The position numbers were made by a program, and so were the translations under genes. 64,000 nt of DNA from Candidatus Thorarchaeota archaeon (GTDB lineage Archaea; Asgardarchaeota; Thorarchaeia; Thorarchaeales; Thorarchaeaceae): assembly GCA_019057475.1 (NCBI GenBank), contig DXJO01000010.1, forward strand, positions 407,623 through 471,622, read 5' to 3'. The notes under the pieces are model-generated. The model was not told where the DNA came from and did not search any database. It saw only the letters and a program-made list of their open reading frames with translations. Numbering within the stretch: position 1 is the first letter of the stretch; each line of letters opens with the position of its first letter. Below are positions 38,293-46,901 of the stretch, piece after piece.

Positions 38293-39147
38293 TCACGGGT
38301 TTTCTTGCACAACGAACGGGGTTGCTCTTCGTCTATCAAAAGATGCCGGGGAATCAAATCCGCATTCCTTGATGATCTTCAATGCTAGCTCGATACCCTG
38401 TCCCACATCGCTAGGTCTGTGCGCATCAGAACCAACAGTCACAGTTTCTATTCCCTCTTTCCTCAGAGCTGCGACCATAGATGACTCTGGCATTGGCTCA
38501 TCCATTCCCTTCCTTAGTGATGAGGTGTTAACCTCAAAGCCAACATTGAACCGCTTCATCACACTGGCCAAGTCGGATACGTGAGCCCTCCAGAGAGACC
38601 TAATCTCACTGCCATAGAACTCCTCCCCGTAGCGTCGATATAGGTCGAGGTGACCCAAGATATCAAACAGCCCTGATTCCACACAGTCCATCAGAAGGGA
38701 GAAGTAGATGTCGCCCATCTGTTCCAGATTGTGTTTTGAGAAGAATTCATGTGACTCTTCCTTGACGGAGATGGCTAGGTGATCTACTAAGTGGGCCGAA
38801 CCCATTACGAGATCGAACTCCGTATCGTGAAATCTTTCAGGTAGATGGTCCATTACTCCCGGATAGTAGTCGACCTCAACACCAAGGCGTACTTCAAGTC
38901 CTTGGCCTCTGTACTGGTCTCCCGCTATTCGAACTGAGTTCTCGTAATCCTCCAACCAACTACTTGACCAAACATCCACCCTCTTTCCGCGGACAATAAC
39001 GTACGCATCATTCCTGACTGCGTCTGTGTCAAGGTGTGTAGTGAAACAAATCTCTCTGAATTCTCGTTCCAAGGCGACCTTACAGAATTCGTCGATGCTT
39101 CCCTCTGCATCTGCTGAGTAGTTGGGGTGAACATGATAGTCAATCAT
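38293..39147 (-). CDS. PHP-family histidinol-phosphatase (HisJ/HisK-like)
   Basis: DYHVH, FTTH, LGVEVDY, GSAH, GHLDL, EVNTS and GSDAH motifs. Confidence 0.85.
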   Translation of the reverse strand: MIDYHVHPNYSADAEGSIDEFCKVALEREFREICFTTHLDTDAVRNDAYVIVRGKRVDVWSSSWLEDYENSVRIAGDQYRGQGLEVRLGVEVDYYPGVMDHLPERFHDTEFDLVMGSAHLVDHLAISVKEESHEFFSKHNLEQMGDIYFSLLMDCVESGLFDILGHLDLYRRYGEEFYGSEIRSLWRAHVSDLASVMKRFNVGFEVNTSSLRKGMDEPMPESSMVAALRKEGIETVTVGSDAHRPSDVGQGIELALKIIKECGFDSPASFDRRRATPFVVQENP

Positions 39148-39228
39148 CTAGCCAGAAATACAGGAATTGGCATATCAGCTTGACTGATTGGGCTGTTATA
39201 TGGTCAAATGCCATGCGACATTGTAGAG

Positions 39229-40440
39229 TTAGGGATTAGTCAACGCCTCTGGAACGATCGTGGTATCAGTTCCCTCCTTGAGTAAGAAAGCCACTAGTGT
39301 CGCAAGGGTCGTGGTAACAACAAGGAACAGAATCGAAGCCGATAGACCGTAGATATCACCTATGGCTCCAAAGATTATCGGTGACAGTGCGCCAGGTATT
39401 GCCCCCACAGAGAAGAGAAGACCGAAGGCAAGACCTTGCGCATGTTTTGGACTTACCTCTATGAGGTATGCCGTGTTTGGCGGCACGCCTAGAAAGTAGA
39501 AGAAACCTATGCCAATCAGCACGATGATGAGGGCGGTGTTATCAAGAGAGAAGTTCAGCAGAAGTAGGCACGGTGTTGTGAACAGAGTCGACGCGATGAT
39601 GAACGGCACTCTGCGTCCAATCCTGTCTGAGAGCGGTGCTGACACCATCTCTCCGACAAGACCTGCAATGAGCATCACGGTTGTGAGGAGACCGGCCCAT
39701 ACAGGTTCATAACCGTACATTATGGCAAGATAAAACGGCATCAGAAGGGTTGTGCATCGGAATGCCATTCCTCGAAGGCCCATGACGACGACGGAGAGCG
39801 CGTAGCTTCGGGTCCATCCATCCGCTCCGCCAGTTTCCCCAAGCCCCTCACCGACATCGAACTCGGGTCGCCTCGAATACCTCATTAGTAGCACTGTCGG
39901 AACAAACAGGGCTATTCCAAGGGCCCCAATCAACATCAATGGCAGTTGCCAACCACCAAGCATAGCCATCATTACGGCACCCGCAATGGGGATTACAGCC
40001 ATGCCAACAAGACCCCCCATTGCTTGCATCCCTGTGGACTTGGCTCTGGCTCCAGCTGGGAACTTCTCTGAGAGTGCGGGGAATGCACTGGGGTGATACC
40101 CAGAGGCTCCAAGTCCTAGCAAGACCTGTACAAGCACAAGCATCAAGAATGTGGTCACAAATCCAGTAAGCAGGATTGCAACAGCACTCACTAGCACGCT
40201 CGCCGGTATGAAGATATCTCGCCATCCCTTATCCCCATAGTAGCCAATCGCCAGATGTGCAAGTGTCATCGTAATAACCGCAGCACTTGCTACCAATCCA
40301 ATCTCGGTGTACGAAAGAGTGAGGTCAATCTGTATTTGATACAAGAATGGTGAGAGTGCACCTGTGTAGATGTGATTTAGGAAGTGCGTGATGGTGCACG
40401 CTATCAATACGGCATACGATGCCTTCGTGATCTTTGTCAA
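39229..40440 (-). CDS. MFS transporter (Fsr-like)
   Basis: THFLNH, GYHP, SAPLSDRIGRR motifs and ~12 TMs. TTG 40440 is chosen as start because the track extension to 40581 runs through a terminator. Confidence 0.85.
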   Translation of the reverse strand: MTKITKASYAVLIACTITHFLNHIYTGALSPFLYQIQIDLTLSYTEIGLVASAAVITMTLAHLAIGYYGDKGWRDIFIPASVLVSAVAILLTGFVTTFLMLVLVQVLLGLGASGYHPSAFPALSEKFPAGARAKSTGMQAMGGLVGMAVIPIAGAVMMAMLGGWQLPLMLIGALGIALFVPTVLLMRYSRRPEFDVGEGLGETGGADGWTRSYALSVVVMGLRGMAFRCTTLLMPFYLAIMYGYEPVWAGLLTTVMLIAGLVGEMVSAPLSDRIGRRVPFIIASTLFTTPCLLLLNFSLDNTALIIVLIGIGFFYFLGVPPNTAYLIEVSPKHAQGLAFGLLFSVGAIPGALSPIIFGAIGDIYGLSASILFLVVTTTLATLVAFLLKEGTDTTIVPEALTNP

Positions 40441-40527
40441 CTTGATTCCCCACAGGTTGGCAGGTTCAACTTCTGCGCGCTCACACCACAAGTTAAACGT
40501 GGTGATGGATGCCCCTTGCAATTTATG

Positions 40528-40579
40528 AAAAAAGAACTGGAAAAAGCTGATGACCAAGGATTTCTCCTGAGCCATCAGC
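40528..40579 (-). terminator. Strong intrinsic-type terminator at the left edge of the mobile remnant
   Basis: Minus strand reads GCTGATGGC-TC-AGGA-GAAA-TCCT-TG-GTCATCAGC followed by TTTTTCCAGTTCTTTTTT. Confidence 0.7.
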
Positions 40580-40917
40580 ACACCCGTTTTTCGACTCGGT
40601 TGTTTAGTATTCTTTTCTCGGTTTCGTGCCTTTTAAACATCTGAAATCAAGCAATCAAGGTGTTTTCGGGCACACTTCCTATTACCAGACTTGCAGGTAG
40701 TGCCTAGCGGTGGGTACGGCTTGACCCCACTCTCATTGGCTATCCGTGTTTCTCAGCGAATCATCATTCGTTACCACGAGCAGTTTCACGAGTGGGGCTC
40801 AGTTGCACACATTGAAGACATTAGGCTCCGAGCCCAAGAACTCTATGAAGCGAGCGTTGTCGTCCTTACCATCAAGGAGCAGTGACCATGTTAGTGCCTC
40901 GTCGATGTTGAGGGTCG

Positions 40918-41334
40918 ATGCAATCTGCGAAGCTGGATGAAGGAATAGCTCAGTGCTTTATGGGCCACTCGACCAGCATAAGCGGCACCTACTTGTCGAA
41001 GGATCCAAGCTGGCTACTCGGCCAGTACCTGCGAATGCAAGACTATGTGACCATATTCCCCAGCCCTAGCGAACGCGAGGACGTCAAGAAACTCAAAAAG
41101 TCACTTGAGGCAGCTAGACTAGAGCGGGATGAGCTTAGGGATGAACTGAAGAAACAGACTGAAAGAATGACGGTCACCGAGGATGATGCTAAGGCCGAGC
41201 GCGATAGAGCACAGTTCGCGGACAACTCAGGACTGGGTGGCGGTATCTTTCTCAAACCGTGGGATGAACTTAGTGACGAAGAGAAGTTCAAGTACAAACA
41301 ACGCGCACTCATGCGAAAGATGTTGGGTGAGTGA
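40918..41334 (+). pseudogene. C-terminal fragment of a tyrosine recombinase/integrase with coiled-coil tail
   Basis: IAQCFMGH.....GTY box-II motif; an in-frame TGA at 40909 leaves no upstream R or HxxR motif. Confidence 0.6.
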
Positions 41335-41345
41335 AAAGAAAGGTC

Positions 41346-41374
41346 GTGGGGGTCTAGGCCCCCACTCTTGTTTT
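41346..41374 (+). terminator. Terminator hairpin between convergent genes
   Basis: GTGGGGGTC-TA-GGCCCCCAC followed by TCTTGTTTT, with an A-rich run on the other side. Confidence 0.65.
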
Positions 41375-41423
41375 ATGACATACTGAAGTCGTGAAACATA
41401 GCTTTGAAGAAAACCTTCAGTTG

Positions 41424-43342
41424 TTAGAACGAAACTGCAGGTGCGCCTCCTGCTCCACCAGAAGCATAAGAAACCCAACCATTGTAGTCACAAACTGCAT
41501 AACTGAATACTTCATAGTTGAAAACACGATAAATGTCTGTATCCTTATAATATTGAAGCCATGCAGGGTCAGTACCAAATGGTGTGTCCCATGTTGTATC
41601 CAAGAACATCCACCATCCTTCACCATACGGCATTGGGTCATTATAGCCATAATAGAATCCCCATGTTTCTGATGGTCTTGCTCCCCAAGTATTGTTCCAC
41701 CAAATCATAGGAACACCATGATAAAGTCCCTGGCCGTAATTCCACTCTGGGTCATGTATGACAACAATCATTGTGTCAAATCCACAAGACTCAAGATATG
41801 CCGCTGTAAGAATTGCTTGGTCCTCACAGTCACCCATTGTCCTGAATGCCGTTTCAACAGGGAACTTGATGTAGTCCCAGCTGTAGAGTTCTTGACTTCT
41901 TGTTATGTCTGTGTCGTACTCATAGTCAATCTCATCGACACACCATTGAACTACTTGTGCAATAGCGTTCAATTCATTAACTGGGAGATTAAACCCGGCC
42001 CAATTGGGAATCCAAGGCCACAAGACCCACCAGAAGTTCTCGAAGGCCAGAAGCTCAGTTTGGTTTCCATATCTCAAGCTGTCAGCAAGAGCATTTGATA
42101 CATCAGGAAACCATGAGCCCGCCAAGGAGGAATACCCTATCTGGGAGTCATGCAGAATCACATCACGACAAAATCGTACAAACTCTGTCCAGTATCCTGA
42201 GAAGTTCCCTTCTCCCCACTTGTTCTGAACATAGAAGTCCTCGAAGTAGTACCTTCGGACAGCCTCAGCAAAGACCATGTACTGAGCAGGCAAAATCTGT
42301 TGTCTAATCCATGTTGTGAGTGTGTCCAATGCAAGCTGTAAGTCATTATAATCGGCTTGGAGCTGGACATAGGAAGCGTCGAGAGCCCAGTACGAAACAT
42401 TGAGAGCATCGTAGTCGACCTGAAGCTGAGTCAGCTCCGCATAGCAGGCATCGTACTCTGACTGCAAGACCCAGTAGGATGCGTTCAGTGTGTCATACTC
42501 AGTCTGGAGATTCAGGTAGTCCTGCTCAAGTTGGTTATACTCTGATTGAAGCAGGTCGTATTGGGCCTGAAGGCTGTTGTACTGTTGCTGGAGTGTATTA
42601 TAGTCGCTCTCCAGTTGCTGATGAGCCGCCCAGAGTATATTGTAGTCAAGCAACAAGTTGTCGTAGTCTGACTGGAGGGCATCGTAGTTCGTTTGGAGCG
42701 TTGCATAGTCATCAAGTAAGGTGTAATAGGTCGCGTTCAGGGTGTTGAAGTCTGACAGGAGCGAGTCGTACTCAACCTGAAGAGCATCATGTTCTGCCTG
42801 AAGCTGATAGTAGGTCATATTGAGTGCATCGTATTCCCCCTGAAGGATGGCACAGGCATCAACGAGGTCAAAGTAAGTCGTGTTGAGTTGGTTGTACTGT
42901 TGGGTCAAGATTTGATAGGTTTCGTTGAGAGCATCGAACTCACCCGTGAGAATGTAGTAGGTAAGGTTCAGATCCTCGAAGTCGGTCAACAGGTCCAGAT
43001 AGGTCTGATTGAGTGCGCTGAGCTCTAGGGTCGTGTCGAGGAGTGTTTGGATGGTCCTCTCATAGCTGTCTAGGAGCTCATCATGAGCCGCCAGCAACAC
43101 TGTGTAGGTGTTGTTGAGTTGGTCGTACTCAGCCACCTTTGACTGATACTGACCATATATTGTTTCGTAGTCCCCAATTATCTCATCGTACTGTGAGGGT
43201 AGGTTTCGTATTCTAGTTGGAGCTCTTGGAATTGGGAGTCAAGAGCGGTGTAGCTCATCTGAGAGGTGACAGCTACGCTACTGACACCAATCACCCCAAT
43301 CAAGAGGCCCACAACTATCACACTCGAGATGTTGCGTTCCAT
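41424..43342 (-). CDS. Membrane-anchored long coiled-coil protein with C-terminal transglutaminase-like (Cys-His-Asp) domain; 1-nt frameshift near 43205
   Basis: ATG 43342 with GGAGG, then a TM and heptad repeats. Adding one base at 43204-43206 joins it to the 570-aa ORF. Motifs KFPVET...GDCEDQAIL, HGVP and FLDTT. Confidence 0.75.
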
Positions 43343-43376
43343 TGTTTCTCTTCTCCTCCACCACCATCGGTGAAAG

Positions 43377-43400
43377 TAACGTTGATTAATCTCAACGTTA
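43377..43400. promoter_or_regulatory. Perfect 9-6-9 inverted repeat (operator or recombination-site-like)
   Basis: TAACGTTGA-TTAATC-TCAACGTTA, 35 nt upstream of ATG 43342. Confidence 0.55.
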
Positions 43401-43623
43401 TTCAACTAATAGGTTAAGGAACTGTTAAGTGTTGGGGACAGTCCTCCTTGCGAGTCCCCTCTCTGCGACAACCTCCTTTGCGAGCTGTCTGACTATGACC
43501 GGCTTCATCTCTTCAGGAAGGGCCATTATCCTTGGGGTTACCTGCCTTTGGATCTCGACGAGAATCCCGGCCGAGAGTTTCGCATCATCTGAGTACTTGT
43601 GTCACTCCGTGAGAGGCGGTCAC

Positions 43624-44144
43624 CTAGTCCTCACGTATCTCCTTGAATGGCGGCAATGCGTCCCCCACTAGCACCTTATGTTCTTCAATCCCAATGACAC
43701 CAGCGAACCTTCTCATCAGAGTTTCAAGAGCCTCTATCCGCATCTCCATGGTCGACTCTCTCTGCCTCGCCTGTCGCAGTAGCTCTTCTTCAGTCAGCGG
43801 CAGCTTGCACCTAACACAGCTCTGGCTCCCCTCATCGTTCGGAGCTCCGCAGTTCAGACACCATACAATTCCATTAGTCTTCTGCTCCTCCCCTCTTGCA
43901 CCCATATACCTAAGCTCTACATCTGCCTGGTCATACTCGTCGATAATAGCATAGTACTGCTCAAGCATCATCGAGTGCTTCTTATGGCCCAGCCTCATCT
44001 TGACCTCGATGTCGCTGAACTTCTTCTCCCTCAGCAGCTGGGTTGCCCTCGACTTCCTGAAAAGATACAGGTTCAGGTTCTTCCCGATTCTATCCTGATG
44101 CTGCCGCTTGAGAGTTATCAGGAGTTGTAGACTCTCATATTTCA
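43624..44144 (-). pseudogene. C-terminal fragment of an archaeal-type tyrosine integrase with zinc ribbon
   Basis: NLYLFRKSRAT, RLGH...QYY and CLNC...CVRC motifs; N-terminal half absent. Confidence 0.75.
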
Positions 44145-44477
44145 TACTGGAATGGGACATTGGGTCACACAGCGACTTGGCAGTCATCAGACCTGTATCC
44201 TGCATACTACACCCTCCTGCTGAACGGAAGCATAGTTCAGCAGGGTGCTTGGAACGGTTCGAGCCTGACATTCGACATCGACGGATTGAATCTCGGTACA
44301 TATAACCTCACCTTGGTCACCTACGATACAAGTGGGAATAGGGCCAGTGACACAGTACTTGTGAGAGTAGTGCCCCCTGAGTCTTCCGTCCCCTTGGTAC
44401 TGTCGTTGAGTATTGCTGTCATTCTCTGCATTGCTTTGGTCGCCTTGGTTCTGCATTTAGAACGAACCGGAACTTGA
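44136..44477 (+). pseudogene. 3' fragment of a cell-surface protein (last Ig-like repeat + TM)
   Basis: ISYWNGTLGHTATW..SDLYP..Y....NG.....WNGS......DGLNLGTYNLTL...D.SGN...DTV.V.V followed by a TM; no signal peptide or credible start. Confidence 0.65.
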
Positions 44478-44710
44478 ACAAGGCTCTGCTGCAGCTCCAT
44501 GGGAATAGACAGTTCTGAGCGTTTGATGCCCACGACATGAAATCAGAGAGCAATGGTTCGCGCCTCACGCAGAGATGTCAAGGGGCGATGTCTAATGTGC
44601 CTTTTTCTCTACCAAGGTGTGTAACGAGTACAAGTGAAACCTTCCGCCAGTCCATTGCTATTCATCCCCTAGCTACAGGCCAATCCTCACAAAGATGTAG
44701 ATCTATGCCA

Positions 44711-46681
44711 CTACATGAGGCGAGTGACCCAAAGCATAATCCTGAGTGCCAGCAAGGCGTCGTCATCTGCGGCATACATGCCCAGCATTCCCCAATTGTC
44801 CAAAGCGAAGTTAGTACCAGTGACAACAATCCTACCTCCGCTATCGTCTTGCATGGATGCAAGGACTATGCTTGCTGAGTAGTACGCAAGGGCAGTGGCG
44901 TTCTCAGGTATCGTCACAATCCCTCCGTAGAAGTCGAAGCTCTCTACTCCTGCTGTAATGATATGCGATTCAATCTGAGTAATCTCGATTGGGTCCCCCA
45001 TGCTCGGAACCTGCGTGTAGCCTATTGCAAAGCCGCTCCAATTCAAGAAGTCATTAACAGAAGCGATGTCCAGACTGTCGTTCGACAGGGCAGCAACGAA
45101 GATGCCGCCTCCGCTCTCATAGTATGCTTCATACGCCGCCTTCTCGTTCTCAGTAAAGGGAATGGAGAACACTTCCACACTCGATGGATTGGTATCATTC
45201 AGTTCCCAAGCACACGGATCAAGAATGACCACCGCATCAAACTCCTGAAGGGTCGCCAGTGTCGTTTGGGTTCCATCCCTGATTTCTGTCACAGAGATGT
45301 CATTTGATGTAAGCTCGACGTAGAAGTTCCTGAACTGCCCATATACTGTATCAATTGACCAAAGTGTGTGACTAATATCAAAGGCCACTCGAGCCACTGG
45401 TTCTGATACGTCGAAGTAGACAGCAAAAGCAGTGTAACCGTAAGTATCGGATGTGAATGTGATATCTGCTTGGTATATCGATGGTCCTGTGTCCGGTATT
45501 TCAACATCTAGCAACACGAAGCCGGTCTGATTGATGATAACGTGTGACGGTAGTCCGAAAACCGCTGGTGTGTCACTATTGATGTCTATCTCGAAGTCAG
45601 TCAGACCTGATGTCATTAGTTGTACGCTGAACTGATAGCTATCACCATAGAACAGGGTTTCATAGTCCAGAGGAAGCGATTTGGGGTGTGCGTAGGAGAT
45701 GGCAGGGAGATTCCCGTCGGTAGATGTCTGTGCCATGAGCGTGATTGATGCTTGCAAGTTAAGCCTCCCTGCGCCCACAACGTACTCTTCATAGGGCATG
45801 GATGAAGCTCCCATTAACAATGCAGTCATGATTGACCCTGGTGTGTATGTGATGTTGTTGGTCAAGCAATATCCTATCAAGTCGGCAGCTGCTCCGGCGA
45901 CTCTGGGTGATGCGAAGCTAGTTCCGAAGTACGTTGCACCAGATGTTTCAAAATAACCTGGAGCTGCGATATCCGGTTTCATGTATCTTGACGCTGTGGG
46001 GCCTGTGCCTGAGAATCCTCCTGGCGTGCCATCAGTGTTAAGCGCTGCAGCAGCCAGACAGTATGGGAATAACCCCGGAGACTCGATGCTTGTGCCCGTC
46101 ACACCATCTTGTCCGTCATTGCCTGCCGCCGCTACTACGACGACACCCTGATTGAATGCCCACTCAACGGCTTCTTGAAGGGGGTCTCCAAATGATGGAG
46201 TGGAACCCAGACTGAGGTTGATGACACTGCAATTCTCCTCAACGGCCCAACGAATCGCCGCAAGGATTCCCATTACGGTGGCTGAGCCTTCAAAGTCCAG
46301 GACCTTGGCATTTACAATAATGGCGCTCTCACTATCAGAAACTACGGTCTTAGCTACCATCGTGCCATGCGGTATGTCATCAGGTTTTGAGTCGCTGGTT
46401 GAATCATCATTCACACCATAACCATTCTCTACCGTTATGAAGCTCCTTTGAGAAGCAACCCGTCCCTGTAGAGCGAAATCGATATCGATTCCAGTGTCGA
46501 GAACTGCCACCCTCACTCCGCTGGGGGGCGTCGCCTGCGGAATCATGCGAAAGATAATGATCACTCCTCCTGCAATCACAAGCATGAGGACAATTATCAC
46601 TGCTAGGATTTTGATTCCTGATGACGAAGATGACTCCTGTGCTCTAGTATCTGGCTCCCAATAGTACGACATGATTGACAC
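44711..46681 (-). CDS. Membrane-anchored S8 subtilase with C-terminal Ig-like and GATase/GIFT-like domains (site-1-protease-like architecture)
   Basis: VAVLDTG, HGT, AAAGN, KPDIAAPG and GTSFASP motifs; N-terminal TM; C-terminal RVAFDISH, GGGIFV and GGRIVVTG motifs. Confidence 0.88.
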   Translation of the reverse strand: MSIMSYYWEPDTRAQESSSSSGIKILAVIIVLMLVIAGGVIIIFRMIPQATPPSGVRVAVLDTGIDIDFALQGRVASQRSFITVENGYGVNDDSTSDSKPDDIPHGTMVAKTVVSDSESAIIVNAKVLDFEGSATVMGILAAIRWAVEENCSVINLSLGSTPSFGDPLQEAVEWAFNQGVVVVAAAGNDGQDGVTGTSIESPGLFPYCLAAAALNTDGTPGGFSGTGPTASRYMKPDIAAPGYFETSGATYFGTSFASPRVAGAAADLIGYCLTNNITYTPGSIMTALLMGASSMPYEEYVVGAGRLNLQASITLMAQTSTDGNLPAISYAHPKSLPLDYETLFYGDSYQFSVQLMTSGLTDFEIDINSDTPAVFGLPSHVIINQTGFVLLDVEIPDTGPSIYQADITFTSDTYGYTAFAVYFDVSEPVARVAFDISHTLWSIDTVYGQFRNFYVELTSNDISVTEIRDGTQTTLATLQEFDAVVILDPCAWELNDTNPSSVEVFSIPFTENEKAAYEAYYESGGGIFVAALSNDSLDIASVNDFLNWSGFAIGYTQVPSMGDPIEITQIESHIITAGVESFDFYGGIVTIPENATALAYYSASIVLASMQDDSGGRIVVTGTNFALDNWGMLGMYAADDDALLALRIMLWVTRLM

Positions 46682-46901
46682 CCGGGTGCTAGGGCCGCGT
46701 GCGGCGTGATTTCTGAAACGTAACGTCTGATGAACTTATCGACCCCGACATTAGCTCCTGCATTCATCTTTGGTAATCCTGAAAACATTCAAAAGATATG
46801 GCACTTCGATTCGTACGTCCGGGGTCAGCTAGCTTGTCAATTACAAGTTCATTTATTTATGCTAGCGCCTCCGTTCCTTTACAACCTTAAGAGGTGCCCC
46901 C

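Larger units (their letters stand above)
40580..44480. mobile_element. Decayed integrative-element region (boundaries approximate)
   Basis: Two 5'-truncated tyrosine-recombinase fragments, other gene fragments, a frameshifted cargo gene and terminators. Confidence 0.55.

Noticed and set aside
40441-40581. N-terminal extension of the MFS ORF
   Set aside because: It runs through a terminator hairpin and T-tract; TTG 40440 is the more plausible start.
40690-40770. GCAGGTAGTGCCTAGCGGTGG looked like the 5' half of a tRNA (possible att site)
   Set aside because: No T-arm (GTTCRA), acceptor-stem complement or cloverleaf could be built.
40735-40930. In-frame TGA (40801-40799) in a minus-strand frame as a possible selenocysteine codon
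   Set aside because: No redox motif, start codon or recognisable selenoprotein family; simple decay is more likely.
44145-44301. N-terminal part of the 225-aa track ORF as part of the integrase
   Set aside because: It is the antisense of the surface-protein fragment; integrase-like sequence starts only near 44144.
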